Shown here piece by piece: positions 21,056 through 31,872 of a stretch of DNA of 64,000 bases. Source of the stretch: an uncultured bacterium (GTDB lineage Bacteria; Zixibacteria; MSB-5A5; CAIYYT01); assembly GCA_963726455.1 (NCBI GenBank), contig CAVSCK010000005.1, positions 288,001-352,000 of the forward strand. The letters run 5' to 3'. The notes below the pieces were generated by a model, which ran no database searches, was not told the origin of the DNA, and saw only the letters and a program-made list of their open reading frames with translations. The position numbers and the translations under genes were made by a program. Position 1 is the stretch's first letter, and each line of letters opens with the position of its first letter.

Positions 21056-22778
21056 ACTTGGACTTGTCAATGGAATTCCTCAGGACATCCTCGAATATCT
21101 TGATATCGGTTTTGGCGCGCTGCTGTTTCAACCAATCGAGCGTAAGGTTAACGCGTTTCGTTTCCATCACCTTTGCTTTGACCTGGCCACTAACCGAATC
21201 AAGCGGCACCAACATCGGTTGCTTGGCATCGACCAATTTAATGATTGAGAATTTTCCCTCGTCGTTTTGGATCACGTCGGATAGTTGTCCCTTTTCCAGG
21301 ACTCTGGCGGCTTCGCACAGCTTCGGAAAACTCACGACCGTGACGAATCCGATATCGCCCTTGTTCTGCCGGCCACCTACCCGCACCGTGTATTGTGACG
21401 CCAGCGTGCCGAAATCGGCTCCGGCCGTCAACTGCTGATGCACTCGCGATGCTTCCAGACTCGAATCGAGTTCGATTTCCATCAGGTGATATGCCATGGG
21501 GGTCGTGAATTCCTGGGTGTGCGAGTCGTAATACTGCGTGACTTCGTTCTCGCTGGCGGTCACATCTTTTGTCAAAATCGAGCGACGGAATTTATCATTC
21601 ATTATGCCTTCGCGGAATTCAGTCAAACGCTTCTGATAATCCGCCTCCTGTTCGACGTTACGCTGGCCCGCCTCGTATTCCATGATGTTGCGCAACTCAA
21701 GCTGGAAGATGATGGCCTTGAGACTGTCGGGCTTGTCGAAACGGGGACGAAATGCTTCCTGAACGTTGGCAATCTTCTTAAGGTAATCCTCCACCGTGAC
21801 CTCGCCACCCTGATAACTGGCCAAGACCATTTGACGTTCGAACGGCTTGAGCAAGTCGATCTGGGGGAAATAGTTGTCAGGACGCTGGGCGCCGCCCAAC
21901 TGTTTCGGATAGAACTCATTCAGCCGGTCGATCAGCATCTGTGTGGCCTCGGGATTGATTTCTACTTTGGCCTTTTCTTCAATCTGGCGCAGGAATTCCG
22001 ACTCGGCGGTATTGGACTTGCGTGATTTGATCAGCTCACGAATAATCGGGTACAATTGCTCCTTGGTGCCGATGTTTTGAGCAGGACGTGTTTCGATCAC
22101 CTTGATTATGTGCCAGCCGTACGGAGTCTTGACGGGCGCAGATACTTGGCCGACCTGCAAACTGAAGCCGGCATCGCGGAACGACTCGTCCAACTGAGAG
22201 CCCCAACTGGCAAATCCAAGGTCACCGCCCTTGACCGCGGAGGCCTGATCCTCCGACAAAGTGCGCGCGATCGCGCCAAAGTCGGCCCCTCTCTTGAGTT
22301 CGGCTTCGATACTATCCGCCTGGGATTTACTGGTCACAAGAATGTGTGCAAAGTGATATTCGGTTTGCAGCCTATCCCAGAACTCGTCGACTTCCTTATC
22401 GGTTACCTGAATCTTGGGGACAATCTCCTGCCGATACAACTCATCGAACATGAAATTGGTCTTATCCGCGTTTACCAACTGGTCGACCTCGGCGTCTTTG
22501 TCCAATCCGGCGGAGTAGGCGCCCTTGACCATCAGCTTGTAGTCAATCAGACTATCGAGGGCATCCCGCTTGGCGCGGTATTCCTCATCGGCGGACGTGA
22601 ACGTCGCACCAATCTTGTCGAAAAAGCCGTTGACCACGGAGAGAGGTATATCCTCGCCGCCGACCACGGCAACAATCGGTTCTTTTTTGCTCTTGCTGCA
22701 GGCGACCGCGATAGCCAGCACCACCAGGAAGAGGAGGATGAGTGAATAGTATGGGGTTCGTTTCATTAGTTTCCTCAT
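21039..22778 (-). CDS. Parvulin-type peptidyl-prolyl isomerase lipoprotein
   Basis: Lipobox LAIAVAC; HILV, GADFG.IAR..SED..S..KGGDLG, YGWHIIK; second degenerate rotamase domain. Confidence 0.85.
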   Translation of the reverse strand: MRKLMKRTPYYSLILLFLVVLAIAVACSKSKKEPIVAVVGGEDIPLSVVNGFFDKIGATFTSADEEYRAKRDALDSLIDYKLMVKGAYSAGLDKDAEVDQLVNADKTNFMFDELYRQEIVPKIQVTDKEVDEFWDRLQTEYHFAHILVTSKSQADSIEAELKRGADFGAIARTLSEDQASAVKGGDLGFASWGSQLDESFRDAGFSLQVGQVSAPVKTPYGWHIIKVIETRPAQNIGTKEQLYPIIRELIKSRKSNTAESEFLRQIEEKAKVEINPEATQMLIDRLNEFYPKQLGGAQRPDNYFPQIDLLKPFERQMVLASYQGGEVTVEDYLKKIANVQEAFRPRFDKPDSLKAIIFQLELRNIMEYEAGQRNVEQEADYQKRLTEFREGIMNDKFRRSILTKDVTASENEVTQYYDSHTQEFTTPMAYHLMEIELDSSLEASRVHQQLTAGADFGTLASQYTVRVGGRQNKGDIGFVTVVSFPKLCEAARVLEKGQLSDVIQNDEGKFSIIKLVDAKQPMLVPLDSVSGQVKAKVMETKRVNLTLDWLKQQRAKTDIKIFEDVLRNSIDKSKYEKKS

Positions 22779-22827
22779 TGTTCTAATCTTACACCTGTGT
22801 CGCGGGAATGATCCCTCGGCCAATCCC

Positions 22828-25800
22828 TCAAGTTACTGAATGGCGCAGTATTGGCAACAGCTTTTTGGCCTCTTGTAACGGCCGCACGCCGTCCTGAGGA
22901 AAGGAGATCTTTATGATAAAGCCCTCGGACGCGTCGAACTCCATCTTGTAAGGAGCCGCCACGCGGAGATTCTCGATCTGCTTTTTGGTCGGCAGGTTGC
23001 CGGCGCCATAGGCGAAAGTGAGTTGCGTCTTATGTAAGCGTACTTTGCCAATGTACGATCTCTGCGCCAACAGTTTTACCGCCATGACATCCAACAGGTT
23101 CTCGACTTCAGCGCCGTACTGGCCGAAACGATCCACAAGCTCCGCCTGCACGGCCTCCAGGTCGGCGACGGATTTCGCATCGGAAATCTTGCGATAAATG
23201 TCGACCCGTTGGCGGCTGTCTTCGATGTATTCCTCCGAGATATAGGCATCGCAATCGATGTCCAGTTTTACCTCGAAATCGTGCTCTATCTTTTCGCCCT
23301 TGAGTTCGGCGACCGCCTCTTCCAACAGGCGGCAATACAGGTCGAATCCGACCTCTTCGATAAAACCATGCTGCTGCGGGCCGAGCATGTTGCCGGCGCC
23401 GCGGATTTCGAGATCCTTCATGGCCAGATGGAAGCCGCTTCCCAGTTCGGTATGCTGCTCGATGGCTTTCAGCCGCTTGCGTGCCGTGTCAGTGAGTTGT
23501 TTGAACGGCGGCACCAGCAGGTAAGCGTACGCCCGTTCCTGGGATCTTCCGACGCGTCCGCGCAATTGGTATAGCTGCGCCAGCCCGAAACGGTCGGCGC
23601 GATTGATAACGATTGTATTCACGTTGGGGATATCAATGCCGGACTCGATAATGGCACTCGTCAGCAGAACATCGTAATCTTTGTTAAGGAATCCCAACAT
23701 CACTTCTTCGAGCTCATGTTCCGGCATCTGGCCGTGCGCCACGGCGATTCGGATATGCTTGAGCAGCTTGCTTAGATAGCGGTGCATCGACTCGATAGTC
23801 TCGACGCGGTTGTGAACGAAGTAAACTTGTCCCTTGCGCGACACTTCGTAATTGATGGCTTCGTAAATCACCTTGGGATCAAATTCGCAAATCTCCGTGA
23901 TAATCGACTGCCGCTCCTTGGGCGAAGTATTGATAATGGACATGTCGCGCGCGCCCAGTAATGACATTTGCAGAGTTCGCGGGATGGGCGTAGCCGTCAG
24001 CGTGATGCAATCGGCTACGTCGCGCAGCTTCTTCAGCTTCTCCTTGTGCGCAACCCCGAAACGCTGTTCTTCGTCGACGACGATCAGCCCCAGGTTGGGT
24101 ATCCGCATGTCTTTTTGCAGCAATCGGTGCGTCCCGATGATGATATCAACCTTCATCGACTCGACGTCGGTGACGATCTCCTTCTGTTCCCTCTTGTTCT
24201 TGAAACGCGAAAGCATATCGACTCGCACCGGCAGCTTATCCAATCGTCGCGTGAAGGTGTTCAGATGCTGTTCCGCGAGAATTGTGGTAGGCACCAGCAC
24301 TGCCACCTGCTTGCCGCCGGCGACGGCCTTGAGCGCCGCTCGAATCGCGACCTCGGTCTTGCCGAAACCGACGTCACCACACACCAGCCGGTCCATCGGC
24401 GTCGCTTGTTCCATATCTTTCTTGATAGCCGCGATGGCGGTCAACTGGTCGGGAGTCTCTTCGAATGGGAACGTGGCTTCCAACTGCTTCATCCAGTCGT
24501 CATCAGCGCCAAATGCATGACCCGGCTTCGCCCGTCGTGCCGCATACAGAGCGAGCAGTTCCTCCGCCATTTCGGCGATGGCTTTCTTGGTGCGTGCTTT
24601 GACCTTTTCCCAACCCGATCCACCCAACCGTGTCAGCTGCGGCGCTCCTTCCTTGCCGACATACTTCTGCACCCGGCTGAATTCTTCGAGCGGGACATAG
24701 AGCTTGTCGTCTCCGGCATAGGCAATCAGCAGGCATTCGCGCTTGCGGTCACCCAGATTGATTTCCCGCAGGCCGCGATAGCGCCCGATCCCGTGGTCGA
24801 CATGGACGACGAAATCTCCGATCTCCAACGCGTTGTATGAACTGATCGCGACACCCTCTTTGATCTGGCGTCGACGACGCCGTACGAAGTGCCGCTCGAA
24901 AACCTGATGGTCGGTCAAGACGACCATGTTGATTTCCGGGAACACGAAACCACGGCGTAATTCACTGACAATGAAGCTGACACGATCGCTGAATTCGACC
25001 AGCAATTCCTTCAGACGGTCACGCTGCAGCTGGTTGTCGCTGGTGATAAATATGGCCTGCTTGTCCGCCAGCCAGCGGTCAAAGGATTCGCGCAACAACG
25101 ATACCTGACCGTTGAACGACGGGTGTTCTTTCATTCCGAAATTGAGCCCGTCGGCGGATTGGCCTAACTCCTTCTGATTGATGGAAGCATATCGGTCAAG
25201 CCGGGTCGCCAGAGTCTTGTCGTTCAAATAGATGTTCTCTGGCTTGGGCGCTTTTGGCAGTATTTCTTTGGCTTGATCGAAAAGCGATTCAGCATCGCGC
25301 GCCTGCGCCTCGGCGCGTGCCTCAATCATTGCCCGGTCAACGAAATAGACTCGGCAGTCGTCCGGCAAGTAATCCGGAAGATAGTGCGCCTCAGGCGAGA
25401 ACATCGCCGCCACCCATTCCAGTCCGGGATAATCGAAACCACCCAGACACTTATCTCGCAGTATATCGGAAACGTGCGCCCCGAAGCCGTCGACTGTCTG
25501 CTCTAACTCCTCTTGCGAAACGAGGACTTCGCGCTTGGGAATAATGGCGATCTCATGGATCGGCTCAACCGATCTCTGGGTGAGCACATTGAAGTATCGC
25601 ATCGAGTCGATGAAGTCACCGAAAAACTCGCAGCGCACAGGATCTGCCGACGTAAACGGAAAGATATCCAGAATGCCGCCGCGAATCGAAAATGTGCCGA
25701 CCTCTTCGGTAATTGGCAATCGCTCATAACCGATGTCGACCAATCGCCGGGCGACATCGGTCATCTCGTATTCTTCGCCAACCACAAGGTTGAAGCACTT

Positions 25801-26235
25801 CAACTGCAGTTGATCTTTGGCGATCGTTCGTTGACTGATCGCCTCAACTGAGGCAACGACAACCAGGGGATCGCCCGATGTCAGCCGCCACAAGGTCTCC
25901 AGCCGGTCGGAGATATTCTCCAATGGCGGCGCCAACCACGAATAGGGGTGAATTCCCCAGGGCGGAAACAGTAGCGCCTTATCTTCACCGCAGATTTCGC
26001 TGAGGTCGCCGAATAAATCACGAGCTTCTCTGTCGGTGGAGGTGACGGCCAGGATCGTCTTGCCAAGCTGTTCGAACAGTTGGGTGATAACAAAAGCGCT
26101 GGCCGATCCGGCAAGACCGGCAATTTCTACCCTGTTGCTTGTCTTGGCGGACAACAACAACTGATCGAGCAGCGGGCTACGTGAAAATCCCGTTTTCAAT
26201 CGCGCTGAACGTTTTGTCGCAGAGGCACTTGTCAT
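22828..26235 (-). CDS. mfd: Transcription-repair coupling factor
   Basis: UvrB-homology region, GDFVVHVDHGIGRY, DRLVCGDVGFGKTEVA, DEEQRFG, TATPIPRTL, QLRGRVGRS, DLEIRGAG. Confidence 0.96.
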   Translation of the reverse strand: MTSASATKRSARLKTGFSRSPLLDQLLLSAKTSNRVEIAGLAGSASAFVITQLFEQLGKTILAVTSTDREARDLFGDLSEICGEDKALLFPPWGIHPYSWLAPPLENISDRLETLWRLTSGDPLVVVASVEAISQRTIAKDQLQLKCFNLVVGEEYEMTDVARRLVDIGYERLPITEEVGTFSIRGGILDIFPFTSADPVRCEFFGDFIDSMRYFNVLTQRSVEPIHEIAIIPKREVLVSQEELEQTVDGFGAHVSDILRDKCLGGFDYPGLEWVAAMFSPEAHYLPDYLPDDCRVYFVDRAMIEARAEAQARDAESLFDQAKEILPKAPKPENIYLNDKTLATRLDRYASINQKELGQSADGLNFGMKEHPSFNGQVSLLRESFDRWLADKQAIFITSDNQLQRDRLKELLVEFSDRVSFIVSELRRGFVFPEINMVVLTDHQVFERHFVRRRRRQIKEGVAISSYNALEIGDFVVHVDHGIGRYRGLREINLGDRKRECLLIAYAGDDKLYVPLEEFSRVQKYVGKEGAPQLTRLGGSGWEKVKARTKKAIAEMAEELLALYAARRAKPGHAFGADDDWMKQLEATFPFEETPDQLTAIAAIKKDMEQATPMDRLVCGDVGFGKTEVAIRAALKAVAGGKQVAVLVPTTILAEQHLNTFTRRLDKLPVRVDMLSRFKNKREQKEIVTDVESMKVDIIIGTHRLLQKDMRIPNLGLIVVDEEQRFGVAHKEKLKKLRDVADCITLTATPIPRTLQMSLLGARDMSIINTSPKERQSIITEICEFDPKVIYEAINYEVSRKGQVYFVHNRVETIESMHRYLSKLLKHIRIAVAHGQMPEHELEEVMLGFLNKDYDVLLTSAIIESGIDIPNVNTIVINRADRFGLAQLYQLRGRVGRSQERAYAYLLVPPFKQLTDTARKRLKAIEQHTELGSGFHLAMKDLEIRGAGNMLGPQQHGFIEEVGFDLYCRLLEEAVAELKGEKIEHDFEVKLDIDCDAYISEEYIEDSRQRVDIYRKISDAKSVADLEAVQAELVDRFGQYGAEVENLLDVMAVKLLAQRSYIGKVRLHKTQLTFAYGAGNLPTKKQIENLRVAAPYKMEFDASEGFIIKISFPQDGVRPLQEAKKLLPILRHSVT

Positions 26236-26428
26236 ATTACAAACACAATTATCCCACTCCCGGCTCCGATATGGGGGGTGGGTCTCTTTCTTTTACAAGT
26301 TTCGACAAATCCGGACGACTCGTCAAGTACAATGTGGATCAATCCAATCGCACTAATTTTTCGGCTTGCCCAGTCCGATATCTACCAATAAGGGGTACCG
26401 CCAACGAGCCAGAACGGAGAATAGTCAT

Positions 26429-26860
26429 ATGTCCGGCAAGACAATCTTGTTCTTGGCGCTATTTGTCTTCATGGTTATCGGCGTAGTCAAGGTCTTTCGT
26501 CCTGATACTTCCGATCCGAACTCGGTCATGAAACGTTATCTCACTCATTGGGAGACGAACAACACTACCGGCATGTATCCGTTGATCTCGCAACGAGCGA
26601 AAGCGGCTTTGCTGCGCGAAAACGTGCGAAGCGTGACGGATTACTATGGCTATTTTGTCGACCACCGTGGTGATCTCACCGGGTTCAGCGTCAACTCGCA
26701 ACAAGTCAGCAGTGACAACGGCAGATTCTGGGTGACGCTCAAACTTCTGGATTACGCCGGGAGAGAATACGAGCAACCCGCCACTTTCCTGCTGGTGAAG
26801 GAACCCGAGGGCTGGCGAGTTGATGGCTGGCAGGCGGGCGCAACCTACGCACTGCCATAA
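26429..26860 (+). CDS. Hypothetical membrane-anchored protein (NTF2-like/lumazine-binding fold likely)
   Basis: GGAG RBS, N-terminal TM helix, C-terminal 'FLLVKEPEGWRVD'. Confidence 0.55.
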   Translation: MSGKTILFLALFVFMVIGVVKVFRPDTSDPNSVMKRYLTHWETNNTTGMYPLISQRAKAALLRENVRSVTDYYGYFVDHRGDLTGFSVNSQQVSSDNGRFWVTLKLLDYAGREYEQPATFLLVKEPEGWRVDGWQAGATYALP

Positions 26861-26955
26861 AATCTCTGCTATTAAAGCAAATAGAGTCCGAGGGGTACCA
26901 TCGCAGACACGACCTCGAACTCGATTCCCTTGAACACAAACCGTCAAGGCCAGAA

Positions 26956-27783
26956 TTACTTCTTTATCTTCGCCTGCCATTCTAGCGAGAGCTTCTCAGC
27001 TTGCTTCAATTGGTCGGGATTGAGATCCATTCGCAGCAGGTCTCTCTTTTCGATCATTTCCTGCTGGTGCTCAGGATTATCAATACCCGACATTGCGGCT
27101 ACGACAAGCGCGTATGCTTGAACCGGGTCTCTCTTAACCCCGGCGCCTTTCTCATAGGCAACTCCCAGGAACCACATCGTTTCCGGATTGCCGACTTCCG
27201 ATCCTTTGCGGTACCACTTTACTGCCTCCACACTGTCGGCTTTGACTCCCCAGCCATTGAAATAAATTTGTCCCAGGTGAAAGGTGGCTTCCGGTTGGCC
27301 CTGCTCCGCCGCCAAACGATACCACTTGACGGCTGCGACCGGGTCTTCGTCCACACCACCGGGGATGCGTTTGCCTGCTTGATAGATCAGTCCGAGACTA
27401 AATTGACAATCTGCATTCCCCTTATCCGCACCGCTACGGAAATACTTCATCGCTGCCGGCAAATCGGCGTCGCCCATAAAACCGTTGGAATACACGTATC
27501 CCATGTCGTACCACGCCTGGCTCTTTCCGGCATCGGCGGCCTTTTGAAGCCACTTGAAACCATCGTCCACGTTTTTGTCAACACCAGTGCCTTGAATCAG
27601 GCGCTCGCCCAGTTCGAGCATGGCGTCGGCATTACCCTGTGTCGACATCGTCTTGAGCTCTTCCAGCGTCGTCGCGGAATCAACCTTAGCCGATACTGCA
27701 AACGCTACGGAGCTGATCAAAACCACGGCGAGAAACGCCACGATCAACGTGAACGCTCCATTCACTTCAAAATGTGCTTTCAT
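26956..27783 (-). CDS. Exported Sel1-repeat protein
   Basis: About five repeats of A...LG..Y..G.GV..D...A.KWY..AA..G; strong AAGGAGG RBS; signal peptide. Confidence 0.9.
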   Translation of the reverse strand: MKAHFEVNGAFTLIVAFLAVVLISSVAFAVSAKVDSATTLEELKTMSTQGNADAMLELGERLIQGTGVDKNVDDGFKWLQKAADAGKSQAWYDMGYVYSNGFMGDADLPAAMKYFRSGADKGNADCQFSLGLIYQAGKRIPGGVDEDPVAAVKWYRLAAEQGQPEATFHLGQIYFNGWGVKADSVEAVKWYRKGSEVGNPETMWFLGVAYEKGAGVKRDPVQAYALVVAAMSGIDNPEHQQEMIEKRDLLRMDLNPDQLKQAEKLSLEWQAKIKK

Positions 27784-27850
27784 TCTTGTACCTCCTTTAA
27801 GGTCAATTATTGGCATCATCCCACGGACTCCTGCACGTCCGTCGAGAATT

Positions 27851-29132
27851 CTACTCTACCCCTAGCAGCTTGCCATTCTCGTCAAAGACGACGACCTGAC
27901 CCTTCGTAACGGAACGTCCTTCGACGGTGATATCCGTTGCTACCTTGGCGCGCTTGAGATTGCCGTTATCGTAGAAATAGGTTCCGGCGCCGCCGCCAAA
28001 CACGTCAGACGAGAAACTGTATTCAGCTATGGGAATATCCTGAATGACCTCTTCGCGTCCCAACCATGCCACCCTCAGCTTTCCGTTCGGATAGAACACC
28101 GTTTGAAAGTCATGGCCTCCCCCCTTGCACAGGTGTCCCTGAATCTCGGTGTCGTGCGGCAGGAAGCACCATTCTTTCAGCCCATCCTTATCGAAACTAA
28201 CCGTCGTCCCTTCTGGCAACGGCTGGCCCGCCAGAGTATCCTCGCTGGCCAGCACGCACATCTTGATTACGCCGTTCGGATAATAGGTAACATGCCCTCG
28301 GCAGCTTATTCCCTGAACCTGGGTCACGGCATTCGCGGCGATAGATGCCGGACTCGGCTTCCCTATGCCGCCGATACTGCCGCTCAGAAAAGTGAATACA
28401 ACCACGATCGCGGCAGCGAAAGTAGACAGTATGATCGCCCGAATCGACCGCGACCGTTTGCCCCCTTCGTTCGTTTCGGGCTGTGCGCCTAGGTACAGAC
28501 AACCTGCGGCGATCAAGATAACGGCAACGACCATCCACATGGCCAGCCGCTGAATTTGAAATTCGTAAAGCCGGAGCCAGATAATGAGAAAGCCGCTGAA
28601 CAACACCAGGAAGAGCGCCACCACTCGCGGAAATTTGCGCGACACTATTCCCAGAGAAGCGAAAGCCAGCGCTAGCCCAACTCCAAGCAGTCCCGGTACC
28701 GACAATCCGGAATCGAAGGCTATAAACAGCGCCATAATCAGCCCGACCGTGATGACGAAAACACTTCCGGCTTTGCGCAGGTCACCCCACAACAACAGCC
28801 CCGTAACTGCCCGGGCGCCGATACCGATGACAAGTATGGCATACAATTCTTCCGGCTGTTCTCCTTTGAGCAAGATGCCCCAGTGCAAACCCGAGCATGG
28901 CCAGCATCACTGCGATGAAGGCGATATTCCCCGATCTGGAATGGACCTCAACCTGGCGCTCATCGGCAAACTTGGTTGCCAGATCGAAAGCATGCAACGT
29001 CGGTCGCAGCAGGTACGCCCCGACTAAGAACAGCAGCCCCAGGTCCATGTTCATGATCTCCAGGACCACGCCAACTGCGAAAATGCCGCAGGCGGCAAAG
29101 AATATCCTATCTCGCTTGAACATGATCTCCAT
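27851..29132 (-). CDS. Multi-pass membrane protein with C-terminal MORN-variant-like repeats, frameshift at ~28878-28881
   Basis: N-terminal 'DER' motif between TM helices; many TM helices; repeats YYPNGVIK/FYPNGKLR/FYDNGNLK/FDENGKL; removing one G joins AMLGFALG-ILLKGEQ. Confidence 0.65.
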
Positions 29133-29325
29133 CCTCCAATTCGAATAATGCCTCGACGGTCGTGTTGAGCTTGGTGGCCAACTGCAGCGCCAGCTTGACT
29201 GACGGATTGTAGTCGCCCCTTTCTATCGCGATAATTGTCTGCCGGGAAACAGACACTATGTCTGCCAGTTGCTGCTGGCTCAACTCGCCGCTTTCAAATC
29301 GATATCTTCTCAAACTATTCTTCAT
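29107..29325 (-). CDS. XRE-family HTH transcriptional regulator
   Basis: LSQQQLADIVSVSRQTIIAIERGDYNPSVKLA. Confidence 0.9.
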   Translation of the reverse strand: MKNSLRRYRFESGELSQQQLADIVSVSRQTIIAIERGDYNPSVKLALQLATKLNTTVEALFELEDGDHVQAR

Positions 29326-29371
29326 GATCACCCCGAATGTTGATTAACAGCCCGCTGTAATATCCTCGACA

Positions 29372-29435
29372 AATGTACAGTTACCTTTACATTATGTCAA
29401 GTACATTTTTCATAATGTAACATATATTTTACATT
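29372..29435 (-). promoter_or_regulatory. Sigma70 promoter overlapped by three phased palindromic operators
   Basis: Minus strand TTGACA(29400-29395)-N17-TACATT; AATGTA-N10-TACATT at 29372 and 29414, degenerate copy at 29393. Confidence 0.7.
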
Positions 29436-29503
29436 TACAGACAGACTTGTCGCGCCAGGAACGTTCAGTATTTCCGATAATGCGTTGAATTACAATAAAT
29501 TAG

Positions 29504-30376
29504 CTATTGTTTACGCTTCAAGGAGTCGTAACCGATGATTTTGTGGATCAGTTTGGCTGCCACGAAGTCGGAAACCGCAGTGTCCTGAATCGGTGACAGC
29601 TCGACCACGTCGAAGCTGACCAGATTGCACTTGGTAATGACCTTGCGGAGCAATTCCAGCACCGGGTACCAGGTCAGCCCACCGGGTTCGGGGGTACCGG
29701 TCGCTGGAATCAGCGACGGATCAAGCACATCAAGATCGAAAGTCAGATAAACATCGCCTTCGATTTTGGCTACTACGTCATCGATCCAGTTCGGATTCTT
29801 GTCGGCGAAATGGGCGGAGTAGATCGCGACCTTTTCGGCTTTGATGTATTCGTTTTCCTCGATCGAGTAGTTGCGTACGCCGACGGATACTGTCTTTTTC
29901 GACAGTTCCCTGATACGTCGCATCACTGCCGCATGACTGAATGGCTCGCCGAGATAGCCATCGCGCAAATCGGCGTGCGCATCCAGATGCAAAACCGTCA
30001 ATTGGGGATATTTCTCCAGGCAGGCACGGACCGCTCCGTAGCTGATGGTATGTTCACCACCGAGCATACCGACAACTTTATCGTGCCGCAGCAACTCTCG
30101 AACATGCTCAAAGACGATCTGGTTCTGTTCAGCAGGTCCCTTGGAGGTGATCGTGATGGACGGCGCCGTGTGGATGCCGGCATGATACGGCTCGCAACCG
30201 AGTTCCTCGTCGAACAATTCAACTTCCTGTGACGCGGCAATAATCGCCGCCGGACCATATTGAGTCCCCTTGCCGTAAGTAGCGGTTTCCTCGTAAGGCA
30301 CCGGCAAAATCACGTACGGTGACGAGACTAACTCGGATTTGTTAGCGGGTATTCCCAGAAAGTTACGTGGCGGCAT
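29504..30376 (-). CDS. speB: Agmatinase (ureohydrolase family)
   Basis: GGEHTIS, DAHADLRD, SHA, DLDVLDP, TGTPEPGG, DVVEL. Confidence 0.88.
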   Translation of the reverse strand: MPPRNFLGIPANKSELVSSPYVILPVPYEETATYGKGTQYGPAAIIAASQEVELFDEELGCEPYHAGIHTAPSITITSKGPAEQNQIVFEHVRELLRHDKVVGMLGGEHTISYGAVRACLEKYPQLTVLHLDAHADLRDGYLGEPFSHAAVMRRIRELSKKTVSVGVRNYSIEENEYIKAEKVAIYSAHFADKNPNWIDDVVAKIEGDVYLTFDLDVLDPSLIPATGTPEPGGLTWYPVLELLRKVITKCNLVSFDVVELSPIQDTAVSDFVAAKLIHKIIGYDSLKRKQ

Positions 30377-30578
30377 AATCGGTTTCTCCCCGGTTTGCTC
30401 TGATGCTTACTATAAGCGAATCCAAAACCGCGCGCAAATGAATATTGATGTTCGGAAGAGTCCCGTAGGTCGGCGTTCCGAGTCCCTTGTCTCCCGAACC
30501 AGAATGTCTCCCGCAGACCTGTGTCAACATTTCCACTCGTTCGCCGAAACCATGGGACGAGAAACCCGACATGCGGCT

Positions 30579-31799
30579 TTACTTGATCAATCTATTCGCC
30601 AGCAAATGCAGGAACAGCCCGACATCGGTCACGATGCCGACAGTTTGAGAGGAACCACGGTCGGAGAGTTTGGTCACGACCGAGGGATTGATATCGACAC
30701 AGATTGTCTTGACCCAGGCGGGAAGCATATTGCCGGTAGCGATCGAGTGCAACATGGTCGATAGCATCAGGACGATTTCCGCGCCTTTGATCTGCTGCGC
30801 GTAGGCCTCCTGTGCCGCGTTCATGTCGGTAATCGTCTCCGGCAGCGGTCCGTCATCGCGCAGTGAACCTGCCAGCACGTACGGCACATCGTGTTTGACG
30901 CACTCGTACATGATGCCCGACTTCAGAATTCCCTTTTTGACCGCGACCCTTATTCCACCGGCCTTGTTAATCGCATTGATTGCGCGCATGTGATTTCGAT
31001 GTCCTTGGTCGACAGGCGTGCCGGCCGACGTGTCAATCCCCAGCGACGTGCCGAACAATGCATTTTCGATATCGTGTACAGCCAACGCATTGCCGGTCAG
31101 CAGTCCATCGACAAAGCCGCTACGGATCATCCGGCAGAGCGAATCAACCGCGCCCGTATGAATCACGACCGGTCCGGCGACAACCAGTAATTTGCCCTTA
31201 CGTTGGCGAATCTGTTCCGCAACCCGGTCAACCGCGATTGAGACTTTCTTTTCCGAAGAGACTTCGTTGGACATGAAGCTGAACTCGTCGCGTTCGCGAT
31301 CCTTGAATTCCGGGTGCACGCGAATGCCGTCCAGCCCGCAGACGACACAGTCACCCTTGCGCACCTCCCGGAGCTTCTTGACCGTCGCCTTATGTTTATC
31401 GATCACAATGACACCATCCATGCGCTGGTTGGCGACCTCGATCCATTTGCCGTTGAGTCGCACCTCGGTGCGGTAATTGGTGGTGGAGTAGAAATCATCG
31501 GGCACGGTTCGGTCTTTGGTCGTCGCCGTAGTCTGTATCGCGCTTTCACTGACGACAAAACAGCCCCGTTCCGACAGCACGTTCAGAATCAATGCCAGTC
31601 GATCCGCCGACGGCGCCGAGACTTTGACCCGCGCCAGCGACATTTCGGTGTTGGTGCGACCGATGATAAAATCCCGGATTTCAAACCTGCCACCGGCGCC
31701 GATGATCAGGTCAAAGACGTCACGCAACAGGTCAGAGTCGACAATGTGTCCTTCGATCTGGACTAACGCTTCGGGTGCATGTTTCAACGCAGGTTTCAT
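30579..31799 (-). CDS. TIGR00300 family protein (LOR/SDH; ArgZ/AgrE-type ornithine cyclodeaminase domain)
   Basis: EGHIVDS, PDDFYSTTN, FSFMSNEVSSEK, GNALAVHDIE, LAGSLRDDGPLP, MLHSIATGN, KLSDRGS. Confidence 0.85.
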   Translation of the reverse strand: MKPALKHAPEALVQIEGHIVDSDLLRDVFDLIIGAGGRFEIRDFIIGRTNTEMSLARVKVSAPSADRLALILNVLSERGCFVVSESAIQTTATTKDRTVPDDFYSTTNYRTEVRLNGKWIEVANQRMDGVIVIDKHKATVKKLREVRKGDCVVCGLDGIRVHPEFKDRERDEFSFMSNEVSSEKKVSIAVDRVAEQIRQRKGKLLVVAGPVVIHTGAVDSLCRMIRSGFVDGLLTGNALAVHDIENALFGTSLGIDTSAGTPVDQGHRNHMRAINAINKAGGIRVAVKKGILKSGIMYECVKHDVPYVLAGSLRDDGPLPETITDMNAAQEAYAQQIKGAEIVLMLSTMLHSIATGNMLPAWVKTICVDINPSVVTKLSDRGSSQTVGIVTDVGLFLHLLANRLIK

Positions 31800-31843
31800 G
31801 GGTTCCTCTGGTCAGTTATCGGCCTGTGCGCCAAGAAATTAAC

Positions 31844-31872
31844 TTGACAAACTGTGAGTGAGAGTCTATCTT
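31844..31872 (+). promoter_or_regulatory. Sigma70 promoter of the small-protein/regulator operon
   Basis: TTGACA-N17-TATCTT. Confidence 0.7.

Noticed and set aside
23968-24840. 290-aa + strand ORF
   Set aside because: Antisense shadow of mfd with no protein motifs.
27001-27909. 302-aa + strand ORF
   Set aside because: Antisense shadow of the Sel1 gene.
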